DNA of 64,000 bases. Source: the human T2T-CHM13v2.0 reference genome, Homo sapiens. Under the pieces are notes generated by a model, which saw only the letters and a list, made by a program, of their open reading frames with translations, was not told the DNA's origin and made no database searches. Numbering within the stretch: the stretch's first letter is position 1; each line of letters starts with the position of its first letter. Location of the stretch: assembly GCF_009914755.1 (NCBI RefSeq), contig NC_060936.1; one strand, 5' to 3'. Both the position numbers and the translations under genes were made by a program. Below, in pieces: positions 27,085 to 40,350 of this stretch.

Positions 27085-28695
27085 GTATATAATCATCTAA
27101 CCATCACAACAATCAAGACATAAAGTATTTCCACCTCCCCCTCAAAAATTCTTTCATGTTCCTTTGTCATCAATCCTCTGCTGCCATCTCCGCCCCTGGA
27201 AAGTACTGATTTGATTTCAGTTACCATAGGTTTACCTTTCCCGAATATGACATAAGGAATGAAGTCTGTTGAGTCTGACTTCATTCACTTAGCATAATTC
27301 TATGTAGATTCATCTGTGTTTTTGTGTATAGTAGTAGTTTTTCTTTGTTACTGAGAAGCATATACATACATATAACACAATTTGTTTATTCCTCATTTGG
27401 TGAACAATGGGTTATTTCCAATTTTCGGATATTATGAAGAAATATCTAAAAAATCATTCACATACAGTTATTTTCATGACTATACATATTCTTTCTATTT
27501 AAAAAAATAGCTTGGAGTGGGATTGCAGGACTATCTGATATATATGTAGGTTTAACTTTATAAAAAACTGCCAAGCTGTTTTCCAAAATATCTGTACTAC
27601 CTTGCATTTCTACCAGCAATGTTGAGAGTTCCAGTTACTTTTTATGTTCAACAGCAGTTGTATTTGTTTTAGTTTTAGCCATTATAGTACATATGTAGTA
27701 GTATCTCACTTTGGAATTTATATGTATTTATCTAATGATTAGTTATGTTGAGAATGTTCTTATGAGCTTACATGACATTAGTATCTTATCTGTGAAGTGA
27801 ATTTTCAAATCTTTTGTCCATTTTTTTTAAGTTGGAATTTTTTCTGAGTACAGAGAGTTAAGAGTTTTAATGTATTACTAAATACAGTCTTCTATGGAAT
27901 ATATTTTGTAAAGATTTATTTCAGTGTTTGGCTTAACTCTGTTTTCTTAACAGTATCTTTCAAGGCAAGATAGGTTTTTTGTAATTTTGTGAAGTTAAGT
28001 ACACATATTTTCCTGTGGTTCATGACTTTTGTATTTTAAGAAATCGTTGCTTAGCCAGTGTCACTAGGAATTTCCTTTATGTTTTCTCCTAGAAGTTTTA
28101 TTGCATTAGGTTTTGGGTATATGTTCCATTTCAAGTTGTCTTTTTTTTTTGTTTGCTTGTTTGTTGTAAAAATAACCAATTGTTCCAGCATCATTTTTTG
28201 AAAAGACTTTTCTTTTTTCATTGAATCATCTTGGCATCTTTTCTGAAGACTCAATTGACCACTTTGTGTGTCAATTTATTTCTGGGTGCTCTATTCAGTT
28301 CCATTGATCTGCATGTCTGTTCTCATACCAGTACCACACTGTTTTCATTGTGATCACATTACAGTATATAATCAAATCACGTAGTGTGAGTTTTCTCATG
28401 TTCTTCTTCTTCTTCAAAATTATTTGACCATTCCATTCTAGTTTCTTTGCTTTTCTAGATTCAGAATATCAATTTCTACAAAAATCTAGGATATTTATTG
28501 GTATTTGGAGATCAACTTGAATGAAATTGATGCCTTAATGATATTAATTTTTCTAATGCATGAACATATTATATCACTCAATTTATTTAGTTGCTATTTA
28601 CTTTCTCATCAATATTTTATAGTTTTGAGCATAAAAATGTTACAAATATTTTGCTAATTTATCACTAAATAATTCGGTTTTAAATGCTATTATAA
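27085..28695 (-). mobile_element. Old L1M (L1MB/ME-like) ORF2-end and 3'UTR remnant
   Basis: ttgcatttctaccagcaatg, ttttctcctagaagtttta, aattgttccagcatcat, cagtaccacactg. Confidence 0.8.
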
Positions 28696-30015
28696 ATCCG
28701 ATGCACTTAACTTTTGGAAGCCACCATGCCTCTAGCCAATAGGACATTTAATCTGAGTACTGTGGTGGTTTCTGGCCTTGCTCGAGCAAAGCAAAGCACC
28801 TGGAGATCAGAGCTAGTTCAGAATATTAGGAGGAAGATCTTTACAACTTATTTGCTCAACTGTCTAATCTACAATGTCCACTGACTCCATAATTTAGTTC
28901 AGCAAGAATGGTGACATTCTAACAACTTGGAACCAGTATTACTGATGATAAAAAGGGAGCCTTGTATATCTTCGTTAAAATTTGTTGGCTATCTTACACA
29001 TACTGGGAAGAAGTGGCTGGAGCAGAGAAGAGATATCACTATTGTCCTGTAGACCTTCTTTACTGGGTACAAGGTGGAGTCCTAGTTTTTAAAGGCCTTG
29101 AAGGTGATTCTGACCTTCAATCAGAGTTGAGAACTATAGACCCTCTGCTAAATCCCCATTACTGTCTTCATCTTGCCAATCTTGTAATGTATTCACTTAT
29201 TTATTTTTATTCAAAGAAAAACAAAATTATATAAACATATGTTAATGCAACATTATGTGAAAATATGCTCATAGTTCTTTGGATTCTAAATACAGTCAAT
29301 CCAGCATGAATATTCATAGTACAGTTAACTGAGCTGCATATTCTTGTTTGCATTGAAAATTGATGGGGATAAATGAAACTGCCTTGCATACAAATTCTTT
29401 TGACTACTTGCTGTCAACATCTTATTGCTTTACAGCCCTATTTAGCTCCATTTATATTGCCTTTTGCATATCAGTGAAAATCAACCAAAATGATGTAAAT
29501 ACATGTGAGGGATATAATCCATTATTCCATGCTACAAGTGAGGATGAAAAAAGAGCTCAGAAATCCCAGGGAAAAAAAGCATCAGTGGACATGAATGCAT
29601 TGCATTGGGGGTTGGGGTGCTCTTATGTAGAAAATAAATGTCATTTTGCCAAAACTAAGGTAGTCAAAATGATTTCATTCTGATATACAATAAAGATGAA
29701 GACCAAGTTGACCAAAGACTAGCCAAAAGACCCTCTTTGCCACTAACTTGATTTTAAAAATCAGCCAGAACTATTTAAGTCTTGATCTTTTATATTAAAT
29801 ATCCAGGTAGTTGAAATCCAACTTAGCGGTCTATTTTTTAATTCAAGTACTTCAGCTCCAGGTTTATTTTTATGAGTCAGAGAAACAAAAAATTGATTTT
29901 AAAAAGTCATTATTCAATAATCTTCTTCTAAATTATTTCCTTTCTATAATTTGTTATATTGAATTTGTTGAAATTAATTTAAATTATTTTTATAAGAGGA
30001 GCTATCAAAAATTGG

Positions 30016-30133
30016 TTACAGTTCACTTGGCATTTCATATTTATATCTTGAGTTTCTAATTATTGTGTATCTTGCTTACAGTTCACTTGGCATTTCATAT
30101 TTATATCTTGAGTTTCTAATTATTGTGTATCTT
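30016..30133. repeat. Perfect tandem duplication, 60-bp period (58 identical bases twice)
   Basis: 30016-30073 is identical to 30076-30133. Confidence 0.97.
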
Positions 30134-30788
30134 TGATGACCTTCTGGCAACCATGTTATATCCTACCCCAGATGAATTAATGTGCATTATAACTATGGAA
30201 ACATAGTCCAGGTTAACAACAACAACAAAAATCTGCTGCTACCTAATCAATTGAACAAACGTTTTAAAATGTCCTCAGAATCACAGAATTAGTACTTAAC
30301 TGGACAGAGTAATATGAATGAAAGACAGTCTGTATAGCTATTGAAAGTCAGAATTACATTACATGGCTTCATATCGCACCCACACGCACCGAATTTCAGT
30401 ATATCACATTTTCCTTTCAAAATGTTTGTTAGGTATCTTTCTAAATGGGTTGAAGGATGATTCCAATTTAAAATTTTCTAAAATAAATTAGAACTTTAAG
30501 TAAATTTATTAGACTTTGGAACTTATCATAATGGATTGGCTCAAGTTTAAGACTAAAATAAGAATCTAGCCTTTCAGTTATAATCTTTGAATTTCCATTT
30601 TATTTAGATGTGATCAAATTCACTCAAAAAGCAAATTTTAAAATGGTTTGATTTTTCTAATATCTGCCATCTTAAAAATTACTAATATTTTTTGTTTAAG
30701 GGAAACAGATTACAGATTCTTTTTTAAATAGCGTATCTTAAAATGAAAAGGTAAAACCAAAACAACAACAAAAACAGAGACTTACTAC

Positions 30789-31016
30789 CGATGTTCTTCG
30801 ATTTATGACAGGTTTATGTCCCAATAAACCTATCGTAATTTGAAAATATTGTAAATTAAAAGTATGTTTTGCTTAGAATATTTTGTATTTATGATGAGTG
30901 TTTCCAGATGTAAACCCATCATAAATTGAGGCGCTTACTAAAAGCCTGTCAATTTAGCACCATTGTAAAGTCCCAAAATCGTTAAGTCAAATCGTTGTAA
31001 GTTGGGGATTTTTTGT
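30789..31016 (+). mobile_element. MER47/Tigger5-derived MITE
   Basis: gtcccaataaacctatcgtaatttgaaaatat...caccattgtaaagtc...gtaagttgggga; TA flanks. Confidence 0.75.
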
Positions 31017-31675
31017 ATTAGATATGTGATATCGTAATTTAGATAAGGTTTAACCCACATGTGAAATCCTAAAGATGACGGGTGATTTCTAGACTATTTT
31101 TTTCTTAGAGACTTCATAATCTGGAACTATGTTAAGGCCTAACTTTCACACCATTGACACAAACATGTTAATCATTTAAAAAGAAAGAAAATCAGCTACA
31201 GAAAAAAAAAACAAAAAACATTGTAAGAGCAAGAAAAAAATTTTCCCCCTTTGCTGAAAATGTTGTAGCTAAAGCCCCCAAAATTCCCAGATGAATAAAT
31301 TATAAGACAAACTTCAGCAATTCTACAGGACTGGTGTCAGCAGTGAACAAACTGGTTGTGAACATCACCGGCACTTGGATCCAGGCCTTCATCGTCCTGG
31401 ATAAAACTCCTTTTTACCTTCCCAACATCCTGGCACATTCTTTCTTTTATAGGATCTCATTTGTATGCACACTCAGTGTTCTCAGGCTGCCCTCTGGCCC
31501 TTTTAAAATATAATCTCAATGGCAAAATGTCACCTAGCACTTCCCTTCATCACACATGTCCATTTCAAATTTATCCCTCCCTCTAATTCTCTTTAAAATC
31601 AGAATGCCATCTTTAAAGTAATTCATGCCTTGTTTTGTGATATTACTATACCTGCTCCATACATTTATCCATCAT

Positions 31676-31815
31676 TCTATTTTAATGATTCTAAAATGCA
31701 CATTTTTAAAAAAATTAGTAGTATTTGAATTAAATCTTACATTTAATGTGTTTAATTGATGTGACTGTATCAATTGTGTTTTTACACTGGTGTTATGGAA
31801 TTGAGAAAATGTAGT
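31676..31815. mobile_element. MER104-like MITE
   Basis: gattctaaaatgcacattttt matches the remembered MER104 start; a similar fragment lies at ~40690-40790. Confidence 0.5.
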
Positions 31816-31844
31816 ACTTCTTTATGGGCTTTTACCTCTAAAAA

Positions 31845-32425
<581 letters not shown>

Positions 32426-33009
32426 CCATAAGGGCAAGGGATGTGCCTTCTTCATTTTTGAATCTCCAAAGCTTCATAATTAGCACATTACGTGTATTGC
32501 ATTTCTTTGAATATTGAATGCTTAGTCTCATTTATGGTGGATTATATGATCTGAAAAATTTACCCCAAAGAGTGAAATGCTTGATCTATAAAAATACTTC
32601 TTCAAGAACAGAAGTATTTTAAAAGAAGAGCTTGTGATTCTCGATGAGTTTTTTAAAAAGGAAAAAATTGGTTTGTGCTCTCTAAGTGCATGGAATGGCT
32701 TTAGGTGCCCCCACCACCAGCTTTGCCCATTCTTTCCTCAGCACACCTTAAGACTGAAGTTATTCACATTGTATTTCCTTAGAATGCTTGATCATCCCTG
32801 TTAAACTACCATAGCCTAAATCAGAAACTTCCAAATTGTTACTTCATGTAAACACATTTTCAACTACATGGTACATGGAGTAGAATGCAGACTCCACACT
32901 TAGGTTTTTATTAGAGTTATGGTTTCTACTTCCCTCTTTTTCTGGCATCTCTTTTTCCTCACTCTGCACATAGCATTGAATGCCAATGGGTTGAACACTG
33001 TGATGATGA

Positions 33010-33264
<255 letters not shown>

Positions 33265-33338
33265 TAGCTATGCTGCCCAGGCTGACTTTGAACTCTTGGG
33301 CTCAAGTAATCCTTTCCCCTTAGCCTCCCAACGGCTGG

Positions 33339-34741
33339 TGATAGGTGACAACGTGCTAGCAGCCCTTGCTCGCTCTCCGCACCTCCTCACCTTCCCGGCC
33401 TGGGCGTCCACTCTGGCCGTGCTCAAGGAGCCCTTCAGCCCGCCGCTGCGCTGTGAGGGCCCTTCTCTGGGGCTGGCTGAGGCCGGAGCCGGCTCCCTCT
33501 GCTCGCGGGGAGGTGTGGAGGGAGAGGCGCGGGCGGGAGCCGGGGCTGCGTGCCGCACTCGCGGGCCAGCGCGGGTTCCGGGTGGGGCGGGCTTGGAGGG
33601 CCCGCACTCTGGCTTGGCCTGCCGGCGCCTGCTGGGCTTGACTAGGGGAGCCGGAATGCCCAGGCTAGGTGCCGCAAAGTCCTGCAGCCAGTGCCATTGA
33701 GAGGTGAAGCCGGCTGGGCTTCTTGGTTGTGTGGGGACCTGGAGAACTTTTCTGTCTAGCTAAGGGTTTATAAAGGCACCAATCAGCCTTCTGTATCTAG
33801 CTAATCTGGTGGGGACTTGGAAAACTATTGTGTCTAGCTAAAAGATTGTAAAGGCACAAATCAGCACTCTGTGTCTAGCTAAAGATTTGTAAATGCACCA
33901 ATCAGCACTCTGTCAAAACAAACCAATCAGCTCTCTGTAAAATGGACCAGTCAGCGCTCTGTAAAAGGGACCAATCAGCTGTCTGTAAAATGGATCAATC
34001 AGCTCTCTGTAAAATGGACCAATCAGCAGGATGTGGGTGGGGCCAGATAAGGGAATAAAAGCAAGCCATGCAAACTAGCAGTGACAACCCGCTGGGGTCC
34101 CCTTCCAAGCTGTGGAAGATTTGTACTCTTGTGCTTTGCAATGAATCTTGCTGTCGCTCACTCTTTGGGTCTGTGCTGCGTTTATAAGCTGCAATACTCA
34201 CTGAGAAGGTCTACAGCTTAACTCCTGAAGCCAGCGAGACCATGAACCCACCGGGAGGGATGAACAACTCCAGATGGGAGGAAAGAACAACTCTTGACGT
34301 GCTGCCTTTAAGAGCTGTAACACTCATGGTGAAGAGCTGCAGCTTCACTCCTGAAGACAGCGAGACCACAGACCCACCGGGAGGGACGAACAACTCCAGG
34401 CAGGAGGAAAGAACAACTCCGGACGCGTCGCCTTTAAGAGCTGTAACACTCACTGCAAAGTTTTGCAGCTTCACTCCTGAAGCCAGCCAGAGCACGAACC
34501 CACCGGGAGAGATGAACAACTCCAGACGGAGGAAAGAACAACTCAACTCCGGAAGCGCCGCCTTTAAGAGCTGTAACACTCAACTGCAAAGGCCCAGAAG
34601 GAAGAAACTCCAGACACATCTGAACATCTGAAGGAACAAACTCTGGACACAACATCTTTAATAACTATACCACTCACTGCAAGGGTCCGCGGCTTCATTC
34701 TTGAAGTCAGGGAGACCAAGAACCCACCAATTCTGGACACA
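33339..34741 (+). mobile_element. ERV9 solo LTR (LTR12 family, LTR12D/E-like), full length
   Basis: Starts TGATAGGTGACAACGTGCTAGC and ends AACCCACCAATTCTGGACACA. TSD CTGG at 33335-33338 and 34742-34745. CpG-rich U3, CCAAT repeats and U5 repeats. Confidence 0.95.
33775..34065 (+). promoter_or_regulatory. LTR12 enhancer/promoter: NF-Y CCAAT array, GT-box, GATA, TATA-like box
   Basis: CCAAT at 33779, 33898, 33923, 33971 and 34019; GGGTGGGG 34035-34042; AGATAA 34045-34050; AATAAAA 34054-34060. Confidence 0.8.
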
Positions 34742-35454
34742 CTGGGATTACAAGCGAAAGCCACCACACCTGGCCAATGCTCTTTTCTCTCCATTGAAAG
34801 GCCTAGTGAGGGACCATAAGAAAACCAATTCCAGAAATACTTTGTGCTTCTGCAGTTTTCAAGAATGTAAAGACCTAATTCTCATAGCTTGGTGTAGAGA
34901 AAGGTTTTATCTCACCCCCCTTAATTATTGTTAAGCAGTAAAATTAGCACTAGACTAGAAATCAAGTATCTTGTTGTCATGTATGCCATAACTGCCTTAT
35001 TCTAATTCCTTCATCCTTCCTCTGTACCTCAGTCTTCTTTGCAGTAAAATAAAAGCTTCATTTAGATGATTTCCAGGGCTGACTTCCATCTTGAAGTTTC
35101 CTTGAGCCTATCATAGTTTAGCATAGTTAGACTATAGCTGGCGTAAGGAGGGACTATAAAATAAATGAGTTTAGCATCATTGCCCACCCACCTGAGTGTC
35201 TATTAAGAGAAAAAAAAAAAAACTCAGCTGTCATCATGACAATTGATTCATTGTTAACTCCTTTGTTACCCTCTCTCACTTCTTTCCAAGTGATTTATTC
35301 GTCTGTTGTAAACAGACATAGAGTATGAATAAAAATAACCAGAATGATGGCCTCCATAAGCTGTCACTGAAAGGCCTGGTAGTTTATATGAAATTGAATA
35401 GAATCCTTAAAACAAGGAAGATACCACAAAGAACATAGGGTGCGCAGTACATGC

Positions 35455-35495
35455 ATGTGTGTGAGTGTGCGTGTGTCCATGTGTGTGTGTGTGCG
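35455..35495. repeat. Imperfect (TG)n microsatellite
   Basis: Direct reading. Confidence 0.85.
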
Positions 35496-35949
35496 TTTTC
35501 AGAGCAGAGTTATTACAATTTACAGAAAAGACTAGGTGAAATATGTTCTCCCTCAGATGAATCCTTTAAACTTTCAAGTAAAATTCCCAAATGGATCTAG
35601 ATTACAGCCAACTGCCTCCACCCTATCCCCAGTGACAAATACAAGACAGCTGCTAAATTTAACATGCCTTTACTGGAACACCAGTGCCTGCTGCACAATA
35701 GCAGGCTATGTGCTGCCAATCCACAGGATGCACTCAATTTCTGAATTGCTGCACAGCAGCCCTGCTGATCCTTAATCCTTGTGAATATAGCACTGACACG
35801 TGGCCAAGACCTTCAGAGGACTGATTTTTAAGGGAAAAAATAGGAACAAAAGGAAAGAAAAAGCTCAGCGCAACATGTTAAGACACATCCTGTGAGGCAA
35901 AAAAATTTGAGATGGGGAAAAAAATGACTCAAATAAATTTAAAGACACG

Positions 35950-36170
35950 CAGTCTCCAATATACAGATGGTTCGTATTCTAAAAGTTCATTCGCAGATGA
36001 GTTGTTTCAAAATGGGAATGTATTCCTCCATAAAAACAATGTTTTACGTGTCAGTTGGGTACCCAAGTTAGGCCATAAGATCCTATTTAATCCAGAATGT
36101 GCCTGATGTAACTAATATACAAATGATATGGAATCCATCACTTATAATAATATGTTGGTTGAAAAAATAA
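35950..36170 (+). mobile_element. Old Tigger (Tigger16-like) fragment
   Basis: ttctaaaagttcatt...ccataaaaacaatgtt...cctatttaatcc. Confidence 0.5.
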
Positions 36171-38029
36171 TCAGACATGCATCATACATGCTGTTAGCCT
36201 GATTCATTCATTCACTGAACACTTAATAAGTTGTAGGTGGGACTACATGGCCAATGATACAGGTCTAATTCCTATCTTCATCGAACTTACTAAAATCATG
36301 ATTGATATGCTTAGGTACTAGCAATATGTTCAACTGATACTGACTGCAGAGAAGGCAACTGGATACTCCAATATATAGTGTTCATATGACTCAGTCAGCA
36401 GCGCCATTCTTATGTTTGGTATATATGGGAAAAGGAAGAGTCAATTCAGTGAGTGACATAAAATATTGCATATAGGTGTTAGCAACATGGATCTGAGTGG
36501 TCAGGATCCCAATTAGTGTCTATGGGCTTCAGGAAAACTGTCAAGAGATAGGTAGGTTAAGAGTATCATGAGTGGGAAAGACATTGACATATATGATAGT
36601 CATTGATCCCTAAATGAGAAAGAGGACCGTCCAGAGCCAATATATAAATTACTTCTTATGCCTGTCTTGGAGGGTTAAAGGACTGAGTCCCTAAAACTCA
36701 TATTTGTCTAAGTTTTTTGGATCTGTTGAATTTATTTGAGGCATGATCACTAACCAGAGTTAAAGCTGATTCTTCCTTTTGAATAAGCTTTCTTTCTTTC
36801 CCTATTTTCTTCAGCCTCTGGGTCCAGTCTCACTTGTGATCCTGTGGTAGGCACCATTATGGCTAGAACCTATTTGCTTCCCATTGGCAGTTTCGAACAT
36901 CCTGCAGCGGACTCATTTCTCTTACATTTTAATCATATTAGATCCCCCATCTAAGTTTCTGCCAACAGAAACCCAGTAAATAATCAGGTCATCTGCCAAG
37001 GTGACCCTTTAAGGTACCCTAGCAACTTTTTCATAATAGAAACATGTTCTGCACACACAAAAACAATTCAATATAAGTAGGCATGTTCTCAAGAAGAGGG
37101 CTTTTTGCTCAAAGAGTGCAAAAGAATTTAGAACTGTGGTTGTGTGGACTACCTGGACTTCTTGCTAACATAGCTATCTAAAGTGGCTCCCAGTTAAGTC
37201 TTGGCTCCATACCATCTGCTCATTCCTCATGAAGAACACAGGAAGTAGCCTCTGCACTATTTCTCTTTTCAGTTTCACTGTGTCTTTCCTTCTCTGGCTT
37301 GATGCTGGTGCCAAGAATAGTCCTGGAGCTTTCCTGATACTCTATAATCCCAGAATTGGCCACTTTTGAAAATTCAAGGGGCTTTTCTGCTGCAAGGAAA
37401 GAAAAATAGCTGTGCACTCAAAGATTCCTGCCTGTCCTCTTTTTCTTATTATTTTATTTTTCTCCTTAAACTCTGTAGAGGAAGACGAAGGGACACATAG
37501 GTGATAACAGTGGGACTCAGGGTTTACAAAAGGCAAAGTTAAAAGTTAACTTCTTTATTTCAAAGGAAATTTAGACTTCAGGGGCTCAAGGAATGAGTAT
37601 TCCAGGAAGATATCCGTCCTTCATTGTGGATAAGCCTTGCTGAGTTGAAAATGAGGATATTTATTTCAGAATAATTGTGATCTCAGGGAGCAATAGGGTA
37701 GGGTCTTTAAGAAGAAAAGATGTTTCTAATTCTCTAACCAAGTTTTGCAAGTGAAGATATAGGGAAAGGGCAGTTAAGAATAGAATGAGGCTAGTGCCAC
37801 AAAGAAATTGTGAGGTGGTGATGAAGCTAAATAAACAAGAAAGTCTAAATACTACTTAGCAGCAGGGCTAGTTTGAGTTAATATAGGTTCATTCTGCTAA
37901 TCTCACCTCAGAATGCAAGGAAATAAATCCAGTGCCTGGCAAGTCCCATTCAGGATTGTACTAGGGCCTTTGCAATTCAGATATTAAGGGATGGCCCCTT
38001 GTAGGTAAAAGAAGTAGTAACTTGGCTCT

Positions 38030-38200
38030 AGGTCACTGCTTTATACGTATAATTTCTATTCTGTACAACAAACCTGAAAGAAAGGAACTGTTGTCTCCAT
38101 TATAAAGAAGAGAGAACTGATGTTCAGAGAGGTTAAAAATAACTTGTTCCAGGTAACAGAACAAAAAAGGTAGAACAACTTGAACCCTGGTTAGTTTGAT
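38030..38200 (-). mobile_element. MIR
   Basis: acaacaaacctgaaag...actgatgttcagagaggttaa. Confidence 0.7.
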
Positions 38201-38559
38201 ATGCAAACCCATTTTATCCCTATTGCCCCAGGCTGACTCTCCACCTACTAGCTGCAAAGCAAATAAACCACATTGGCCTAGAGCTGAGCAGGAAGGAGAC
38301 AAATTGTAAGCATTGTAGTCCTACCTTTGACTCTCTTGTTTGAATGTGTTTGTGAGTGTAGGGAAACCGTCTTAACGTGGGAAGGTAATAAAATAGAAAA
38401 AAATCCTGTGTCCCTAATGCCATTTTTCTATATAATCAAGCCAACATGGCCCACTTCCAGACCCCAAGTTATAGAATAAATAACTCCCTATTTATGTAAT
38501 TCATAATTCACAGTATTCTTGCAGTTAAGCCTGATCCCAACTTGTATAATAATAGGGCA

Positions 38560-38795
38560 CCCTGTACAGCAGCAGAGTGCAGATTCTGGAGCAGAATATC
38601 TGGCTTCAAATCCCAGTTCTGCCACTGACTGGCTTTATAATGTAGAGCAAGTTTCCCAACCCTCTTTGCCTTAGTTTCATCATATGTGAAACTTAAATGG
38701 TATTTACTAGTTCAAACTGATTTAATGAGGTAGAAGTCAATATTTGTAAAAGACTAGGAATTGCACCTGGCATGTAGGAAGTGCTATATACAAAG
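38560..38795 (+). mobile_element. MIR
   Basis: ttctggagcaga..ttcaaatcccagttctgccact...ccttagtttc...cctggcatgtaggaagtgct. Confidence 0.8.
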
Positions 38796-39784
38796 GCTTT
38801 TTTTTTTTATTTGTTTGTGTGTGTTTTGTGTGTGTGTGTGTGTGTCTTTTAAATAAAATTGTTTCAATTTCCCCATGTAGTAATTTTAATAATTGTACAT
38901 TTTTCTTTTGTAGTTGTATAAAGTTTCTGTGTGTCAGACATACTCATTTTCAAATATAAAGCTGTCATATTATACTCCTTGTTTAAACTTAGAATACTAG
39001 TATTTTCCATTAACAAAATTAAAGTTTATATGTGTGTGTGTATATATATGTAATAAAGACCACTCTATATGATACATAAGTATTTGTGACTGACTTCTGA
39101 ATCTACTCTCTCATTTTAATTTCTTTAGCTCCTCTGAGAATTATTTAAGGTGGCTATATCAACCTCATTTAACAGATGAAAAAATAGGAAGCTTACCGAC
39201 ATACTCAAAATTATGTAGCTAGTGAGAGAACTGAGACAAAATCCATACCTTTTGATACCAAATTAGTGTAACTTGTATAACTATATGATAATATGCCATG
39301 TGGCAATTTTATATAATTTTCCTTTATTAATATTGTAATAGTGACCTCTCATCAGTAGCCCCTGGTTGGTAAAATGACTTCAGTTATCTTTAATTAAGTG
39401 TTTAACATACATTTAAGTAAATATATAAAAGGATATAAATTAAGATTGATCTAAACCAACATGGAAATGATCTTACCCAAATTTCCAGATTCCCTTGCAG
39501 CTGAGATGGTCACAAAACTCAGTCCTGGACAATGAGATAAGAATTCTGAGGGAATTCTGGAAACACTTTTGCTAATGTTTCTCCATAAACTTTGTTCAAA
39601 GTTCAGCTCTCACTTTTTTCGGCAGGAATCAATCAGTCAGTTTTATGAAAGATGGCAGAAGTGCCAAGTAAGAACAGAACAGAACAGTGCTTGTGAATTT
39701 GGCAGCTTGAAGGATTAGTTCTTAACAAAAGTTGAAGTGGCATGGAGTTAATTAGTGATGTGATGAGATGGGGTGTCTACTGAA

Positions 39785-39930
39785 ATTTTTGTTGTTGTTG
39801 TTTGTTTTTTTGTAGAGATGGGGTTTCACCATGTTCTGCAGGTTGGTCTTGAACTTCTAGGCTCAAGTGATCCACGTACTTCGGCCTTCTAAAGTGCTGG
39901 GATTACAGGTGTGAGCCGCAGCTCCTGGCT
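39785..39930 (-). mobile_element. FLAM_C / free left Alu monomer
   Basis: Single monomer with T-rich tail; TSD-like gtctactgaaa / gtctattaaa. Confidence 0.85.
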
Positions 39931-40245
39931 GTCTATTAAACTCTCATTCAGAATGTAAGTCATGGAAGTATTTTTTGTAGCATCAACTAGTGATGTCTGT
40001 CAAAATGTAAAATGCACTCTTGAGAGCCAGAGATTTTACTTCTAGGGATCTATTCATAGCAGCATTGAAATAGTGAGGATTAGAAATAATTTTAATTTCT
40101 CTCAGTAATGGAAGTGTGCGTCTCTGCTGTAAGATAGACAATCAATAAAAACACTGAGGTAGCCTTAAATGTACTAAGGACAGTTGTCCAAGACATATTC
40201 TTAGTGAATGACTTTTTTAAAATCAAGGTTTGAAAGAATAAATAT

Positions 40246-40350
40246 GGCTGGGCTCGGTGGCTCACGCCTGTAATCCCAGCACTTTGGGAGGCCGAGGCAG
40301 GTGGATCAGGAGATCAGGAGATCGAGACCATCCTGGCTAACACGGTGAAA
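40246..40350 (+). mobile_element. 3'-truncated AluY (first ~105 nt only)
   Basis: gagatcgagaccatcctggctaacacggtgaaa followed by an abrupt end. Confidence 0.92.

Noticed and set aside
29360-29683. 107-aa ORF in unique sequence
   Set aside because: Non-ATG first codon, no recognisable motif; a length expected by chance in 64 kb.
33775-34600. Regularly spaced repeats resembling a CRISPR array
   Set aside because: Intrinsic LTR12 U3 and U5 tandem repeats; no unique spacers or cas genes; primate DNA.
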